Part shown: one piece after another, positions 57,205 through 64,000 of the stretch
How the letters are laid out: each line of letters opens with the position of its first letter
How positions within the stretch are numbered: the first letter of the stretch is position 1
NCBI RefSeq assembly: GCF_016433145.1
Contig: NC_058134.1
Location: forward strand, 107,961,791 to 108,025,790
Length of the DNA stretch: 64,000 bases
Reading direction: 5' to 3'
Origin: Gracilinanus agilis
Taxonomy: Eukaryota
Notes under the pieces: model-generated
The model's input: only the letters and a program-made list of their open reading frames with translations
Database searches by the model: none
Told to the model about the DNA's origin: nothing
Translations under genes and position numbers: made by a program

Positions 57205-60200
57205 ATTACAATATGGCCATATCAAGGTCATAAGAGTACAGTTCTACTTAGGCTAAGAGAGGGCTGAAACACCTACAGCTCAAAGCTATTTTATTATTAT
57301 TTTTTAAAACCTTCATCTTTTTTCTTAGATTCGATATTAAATATAGGTCTAAGGCAGAAGAGTTGTAAGAGCAAACCAACAGCAAACTTGCCCAAGATAG
57401 CACAGCTAGGAATTGTCTGAGGTCTGAGGTCTGCACGACCTTTTGTCTCTAGGATTGTCTCACAAAGAAAATGGGAGTCAAGCTATTTAAGTGACTTGTT
57501 TAAGATCTCATAGGTATTAATCATTCGGAGAAGCATTTGAAATCAGTCCTCTGACAATGGAGCCATGGACTATAAAGACCTTTTCTTCTATATTTCACTG
57601 ACCTCAGACCTCAGTCATCCACTTTAGTTATATTGCATAGTGTTATTACGTTTTATGAATTGATGAAGTCATAGCACTCACTATTGATAGCTTGGGTTGA
57701 ATTATATAATCTCATGCAAGTGCTTAAGCAAAATAAGATAAGAAATAGTAGGATGCTTAGTCCTGTATCAATACCTGAATGGTGAGGAGGGGAGTACTCT
57801 CTTGCAAGAGACTATATAGGAAAGATATAAATGATTTTACCAACACCCTACTTTCTTGTTCTCCTTATTCCTTCCTATTGCATTTACATGCAAAAATGGA
57901 TCTCTAGAAGCAAGATGAATTCTGATTAGTGAGTCTATAGGCATCCCTCCAACAAAGATCTGGCATCAGGGCAAATGGCATCTTCTGATTCTCAAATTCT
58001 ATTTTCCCCAAACTGGACTCAAGGAAACCCACCACTCCCAGACAAAGAACGATGCTTTTAATGTCCTCCTGCTTCACTAGTAGTACCATTGGCACCCAGA
58101 AAAAGCAATAAATCCCTTAATGTCTGGGAAAGAACATGAAGATTCATCAACTAGAAACAAAACAGAGCCATGCCTGAGAGCCAAGCTAGACAAAGAAGTT
58201 CATAGCTGGAAAAAGCCCAGCAGTGGTGTCAGTTGTCTCATCTAAAATTCACATATAAAAAAAAAAAACAATCATCTTACCAAGATTTGAATACTTGGTG
58301 TGGGACTTTGTGGAATGTGATGTCACTATACTTTTTATAGATATTTCTCTGGTTCTTGCTATTTACTAGGCAAAATATGGTACCAAAACACTCTGATTTT
58401 GTTGCTGACAGCTATATATAATTAGTCATGTAAAAGGAGCAATGAATGGTTGAATGAGGGGATGATTAAACCTGGAGTAGCTTTCGGTAGATTTACAGTT
58501 AAGGGGGCTCTTGAGTGCAACGTGTACAATAATCACAAATACATAATGTACTGCTGTTCAATATACCTGTAAATCTCTAACTACTATAATTCATTTTATA
58601 GCATCCAGTTCATGGCTTCTATAATGCTTTCTTAAGTTGAAAATTAGGATATATTTGTTTTTTTGGAATTTGTAGCTACAAGTGTTGTTTTTTTCTTACT
58701 GAAGAACATAAATTAATAAATATTACTTGCTATAGAATATAGCATATAAAGGATATTTATGCATAGAGTCAAACATATTCAATTTAAAACCTTTTTCTCA
58801 TTAGGATTTTTGTCTATTAGAAAGCTATTCCCCATCCTCTACAGAATCAGTTAGCATCCATGTGTAGAATACTCAGGAGAAAACCCATAAACACTGAGAG
58901 AATGATCAAAGGCCATTTTACTAACTTTGGTATTGCCAAGCAAGGTTAGGGCCTAAATTCCCTGAGAACATTCAAGTTCATATCAGTTGACTAGTATCCT
59001 ATAAGTGTTCATTGTTTCTGAATTTCTTCTGTTTTCAGTCATAAAAACTTCTGAGGTTTCCCACCTTTTCAAATAATAATAACAACTTTATAGATAAATG
59101 TCTGTCTGGACCCAAAAGACCTCATAACACCTGTCATTTGGACATGACTCTATGGCTTCTTTTTTTTTGTTAACTGAACAAATCAGGAAACTTTCCAATA
59201 TCATACTTTTAATCCGCTCGACCAATTACTGATCTCAAAGATCTCAAAACTTGAATTTGTAAGAAGAGGTAGGAAATAACATCTTACACTGCCATAGCAT
59301 CCAGAAATTCAACAAAAGAAGGAGCATTCCTAATATGTGGAGATGGGATTTATCCTCTTAATTAAGGAGTCACCTTTGGAATTCTGCCTCATCATCCCAA
59401 TTAAGAATTGCCACACCATGATCACATTGTAGGAACACTTTTATGGATCTCACTACCATTTCTATATTGTGATAGAATATTCTTTAATAAATCTCTTCAA
59501 GACACATAACTCATGTGTTTGGATTCCTTTTCTTCTCTTTAATGTTAGTGCTAGTGGCTACATATTTAATATTTGAAAAAGTATTTGACCCCAAAAGAAG
59601 GAATTGAAAGAGGTAGGAGAAAATTATTCTTTCTCATTTTAAACTCCTGAAATTCACAGTCCCTATTCCAATTGTTTGCAGAGAATGGTCCAAAATTTGG
59701 AAGGGATATATAACAAGTCATTTAATTTTTCTATTCCTCCCTTTACTCATATGTAAAAACAGAAGTACAGTCTACATGATTTGATGTGCTCCTTCCACCT
59801 CTAAAATTTCATGATTCTAATTAAATACCTATGTATTGGCACTAGATCCATTTAACAAGCATATTGTCTTTTAAATACCTATGTGACATTAGGTGTTTTA
59901 AACATGATTTTAATTGCATTTTTAAATGTGTTCCTGATTTAGAAGTTGATAAAGTAAGTGAAACATCATCCATTCCCACTCAGGATACCAAGAGACACTG
60001 AAATTGCCAAGTAGAAGAAGAAAAGAAAAGAACTAAAAATTCTCTGAGATCATTCTAGAAACCCTGCCTGTTAATTCCCAAAGTCCCTTAGTTAATTAAT
60101 CCCTTTGGCAAAAAGCAAAAGATTAAAAAAGGTGAATAGGAAGAGATGCTGGCAACCGGTCTTCCAGATATTTAATATGGCATTAAATTAAGGGCTGTTA

Positions 60201-60399
60201 ACCTTTTTACTGGAGTCACAGAACCTTTGGGTAGTCTAGACTCCTGTAAATAATGTTTTTAAATGTGTGAAATAACTCATAAGGGTTACAAGGAAAGCCA
60301 ATCATATTAAAATACATTTGTTACCATATTTTTTTAAATTTACAAGTCAGGTTAAGAATACCTGTAGGAAAGAAACACACTTTAAAACGAGATCCATGG

Positions 60400-61775
60400 A
60401 GTAAAAATAAAGGGCTAGAGCAGGGTATACTATGTCTTAGCTAATACAAAGAAAGCAAGAGTAACCATCATAATCTCTGACAAAGTTAAAGCCAAAATAG
60501 ATTTAATCAAAAGAGATAAACAGAGAAACTATATTATCTAAAAAGGTACCCTAGATAATGAAACATTATCAGTATTAAACCAATATGCACCAAATATAGA
60601 GCATCCAAATTTTTCAAGGAAAATCAAAATGAGTTACAAATAGACAAGAAAAAATAATTGTGGAGGATTTCAATTTTCCCCTCTCAGAACTAGATAAATC
60701 TAGCAGAAATGAATATTTAAAAAGTCAAAGAGATGAATAGAAACTTTGTTAAGTTAAATATGATAGATATCAGGAGAGAAATGAATAGGAATAGAAAGGT
60801 ATATGTCATCTTCTCAACAGTGTATGGTACTGTGACAAAAATTGAGCATATATTAAGGTATAAAAGCATTATAATTAAATTCAGAAAAGCAGAAATATGT
60901 ATCCTTGTCTAACTAATGAAAAAAATTCTATATAAAGGACCATGGAAACATGAATTTAAAAATAATTGAGACTAAAGAACTTAATCTTAAAGAATAAGTG
61001 GATTAAGAGACAGATAAGTAGCTGAATGAATAGAGAGGCAGGCCTGGAGATGAGAGTCCCTGGGTTCAAGTCTGACCTTACATTCCTAATTGTGTGCTCC
61101 TAGGCAAGTCACCTAACCCCAAAAGCCTGGCCCTTAATACTCTTTTGCCTAGGAACCAATATTTAGTATCTATTCTAAGACAGAAGATAAAGGTTTAAAA
61201 AATGAGTAAGTTAAAATAACAAGTCATTGGAACAATGAGTAATTTAGTTAAAGAGAATGATAATAAGGAAACAACACATAAAATTTATTAAATATAGTAA
61301 AAACAATAATTAGAGGAAAATATATATTAATAAAATAGAAAGAATAGATGAATGAATTAGAATTGCATTTTAAATAATAGAAAAAGAATAAAATAAAAAT
61401 CCTCAAACACCAAATTGGAAATCCTAAAAATCAAAGGTAAGATCCATACAATTTAATATAAGAAAACTGTTGGATTAATAGAAGTTGGTTTTATTTTTAA
61501 AAATCAACAAAATAGATAAGCCATAGGCTAATATGATTTTTTAAAAGAGAGAAGCCATATTGCTATTATTAAAGATGAAAAGGGTGAATATACCACCAAT
61601 GAAGACTAAACCAAAGCAATCATTAGGAGTTACTTTGCCCAATTATATACCAACAAATTTAACAATGTAAGTGAAATGAAAGAATATTTACAAAAACATA
61701 AACTGCCTAGACTAACAGAGGAGAAAATAGATATCTAAATAAAACTTTAAGAAAAAGAAATTGAATAGGCCATAA
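60400..61775 (+). mobile_element. L1 ORF2 endonuclease and linker region, degraded
   Basis: gtaaccatcataatctctgacaaagttaaagcc...aaccaatatgcacc (I.ISDK, N.YAP motifs). The distal part is paralogous to 9040-9492. Confidence 0.8.
61010..61203 (+). mobile_element. old SINE nested in L1
   Basis: gggttcaagtctgacc...ggcaagtcacctaacccc...aaggtttaaaaa. Confidence 0.7.
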
Positions 61776-62519
61776 ATGCCTAAAATAAATGCATAAAAGG
61801 CCTAAAAAACAAGAAGAAGCATCATTAGGAGCAAATAGATGTAAACCTACCTATCTATCTACCAAATTACTCTCCAAACAACTTTGATATAATACCTCAA
61901 AAAATATTTTGAGCAGAACTTACAAAAGGACATGTCCAAAACAACTTAGAAGGCTAGCATGAAAGATCTATCACACTTAGGTTGAAGTGGAGTGCAAAGG
62001 AGTACATTAACACAGGCTCTACTTTGGCAAGCCAACACAAGCCTTGGAGGCAGCTTAATCAATAGCAAAGCCTCCCAGAGCTGTATATACACCAACTGTA
62101 AAAGGGGGTAGGACAATTTCTCAGTAGGAAATTACTGGGGTTCCTTTGCAGGCTCTGGGTATAAAATTTTGTCACATTGTCCATAGGTAAATAGAAGTCA
62201 CAATCCTGAGTTGTGGTTTCAGTGTGAGCACACACCAGCACTTGGGGTCAGAGGGGTGGCAAGGAACTTTAGTCACAATTTTAAGGCAAAAAAAAAGTGC
62301 TTGTGGAGACTCATAGACAAGAGCTCAGTTCAAGAGATATTAAACATACTTCTCCTTATACCATACCACCTTGAAAGAACTGAAAACTTCTAGATCCCAA
62401 GAGCTAGTTCTAAAGAGAGTTGAATAAAGAATCTGAAGCTTAGAACAGTACTCCTTTCACCACAGGAATGGAACCCCACAGTACCGATTTTTTAAAAAGT
62501 AAAAACCATGAAAAAGACT

Positions 62520-62722
62520 AGAAAATGAACAAATAAGAGAATCAAACAAAAAACTAATAGAAATAATTAACAACTTCAGCAAAGTTGCAGGATACAAAAT
62601 AAGCACATATAAATCATCAGCACTTCTATTTACTCCCATCAAAGTTCAACAGCAAGAAATAGAAGAGAAATTCCATTCAAAATAACTCTAGATGATATAA
62701 AATAGCAGGGAGTAGACCTACC
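62520..62722 (+). mobile_element. L1 ORF2 RT-region fragment
   Basis: ctaatagaaataattaacaacttcagcaaagttgcaggatacaaaata reads INNFSKVAGYKI. Confidence 0.85.
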
Positions 62723-62957
62723 AAAACAAACACTGTGAGGAGAACCAGGGGCCTCCATTGAGCAAAGTTCTGGAAAGTCTAAAGACCCCCCACCGCCACC
62801 ACCAGCAGCAAAGTTCTGGGGTAGCCATGGTCCAGCTAAAGCCAAATGCATAGTTCACTCCTCACCTGAAGCTTTGACCCCTCCTTTTCCTCCCTCTTTG
62901 TTGAAACTTGTAAGAGCTAAAATTGGTTTTGGTCAAATTAAGAGTTATAAAAAGTTG

Positions 62958-63693
62958 TGATCGCCATTTATAAAAATTAACTCAGGTCACGAGGCTATTA
63001 GTAGCTTTATTACAGCAAGGTAGAGATAGTAAAGGGGGAAATGTAGGAAGGAGGTAGAAAATATTGCCTAGCTAAATTCCCTAAGTCCAGATCCAAGTGC
63101 CTCACCAAAGAGAGCATCCCACCGAAGACAGGAGAAGAGCCAAAAAGCCAGTGTCTCTGGCCAGGGTCTTCTCAATCCAAGTGAGTCATCGAAGCCGAAC
63201 TCCTTGAGCCAACAACACAGAATCTCCAACACAGAATGAAATGCAATGCAGAGACACCCACACAGTAGAATCCCTCCAACACAGAATTCCTACAACACAA
63301 AAGTAGTGCCTCCAATGCAGAAGTGCCTGTTCAGCTCTCTAGTCTCGCCTTTTATAGCCTTTTTCCATGTCACTTCCTATCTCTGGTTTCTACTTCCTTT
63401 CTCTGTGAGCTAGTCTATCACATCTCAGGAACCATGTAATGGGTGATAATGTAGTGGATAATATGATACTGACAGTAAATGTGAGTCACCAGGGGCCTGG
63501 GAGCCTGTAACTAAACTAGCAGGAGATTTGGATCTATCAGTGATGAGCAGCCTCAGCTGTGGTGCCCAGTCAATCTCCACTGCTAGGCTCCTTTAAGGTG
63601 TTAAGTGGGTGGCCCCTCCCTGTAGAAGTAACTGCCTTCCTCTTGGGTGAGAGCAGAACCCAGCAGGAAATGGGACTCAACTTCCTGGTTACA
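62958..63693 (-). mobile_element. LTR related to 8145-8673, with internal 'caacacagaa' repeats; probably nested in another LTR
   Basis: tgtgatc start, minus-strand AATAAA near 63007, minus-strand TATA ccttttatag near 63350. Right boundary uncertain. Confidence 0.5.
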
Positions 63694-64000
63694 ATGGAGG
63701 TTTAGCCTCCACTTCTCAGTAACCTCAACTTCTTAATATTCTTTCCTCTCTTCAGTCTCTTTAGCCTTGGTGATGTTGAAGGCATTACAGGAACTCACAG
63801 ATTTAGGCCAAGGGATTTATTTTAAACTGGAAAGGGAAAACTGAGGTAAGAGGGTTCAAGGTCTTGTGAAGCTGTTGCTAGGGGCAACTGGCAAGTGTTG
63901 GCAATGGATCTATAAGGTAAAGTCAGGCTGAGGGAACCAGCCCTCAGCCAGAGATAACTTGTTACTGGCCTGATGTTATTTGATCACCAGCTAAACAAAT

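Noticed and set aside
63200-63320. Short interspersed repeats (caacacagaa) suggesting a CRISPR-like array
   Set aside because: Irregular LTR-internal repeats in mammalian DNA, with no fixed repeat-spacer period.
1-64000. SSBP1 coding exons (the eutherian neighbour of TAS2R3)
   Set aside because: I looked for recalled SSBP1 peptides and found none.

Overview
AT-rich marsupial genomic DNA, most likely opossum or another didelphid: it carries SINE1_Mdo-like SINEs, marsupial-type L1s and BovB-like RTE fragments. The window holds a tandem array of five intact, single-exon, same-strand bitter taste receptor genes, all clearly TAS2R3-like (ATGs at 4218, 13674, 27226, 35936, 55649; 307-316 aa). Each gene sits in a duplicated 9-20 kb unit with shared flanks: an ATTTGCAT octamer about 290 bp upstream in all five, a MIR in the 3' UTR, and a polyA signal retained in four of five. 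The spacers are full of retroelements. These include L1 pieces, many solo LTRs, a 5'-truncated class I ERV (pol fragment and one LTR, flanked by a 42-bp duplication), and a two-LTR element with no recognisable gag/pol that carries a nested LTR and a hAT MITE. The most unusual signals are: (1) a multi-copy expansion of a receptor that is single-copy in human, with divergence concentrated on the extracellular face; (2) a conserved POU-octamer upstream module; (3) an orphan CpG-rich housekeeping-type promoter (paired ZNF143, ETS, CRE-like and YY1-like sites) 2 kb upstream of copy 2; (4) the aberrantly integrated ERV with an acidic integrase tail and unexplained 3' ORFs. I found no tRNA or rRNA genes and no CRISPR array. 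Repeat boundaries were set by eye and are approximate unless a TSD is quoted. Family assignments and human TAS2R3 comparisons come from recalled motifs, not database searches.
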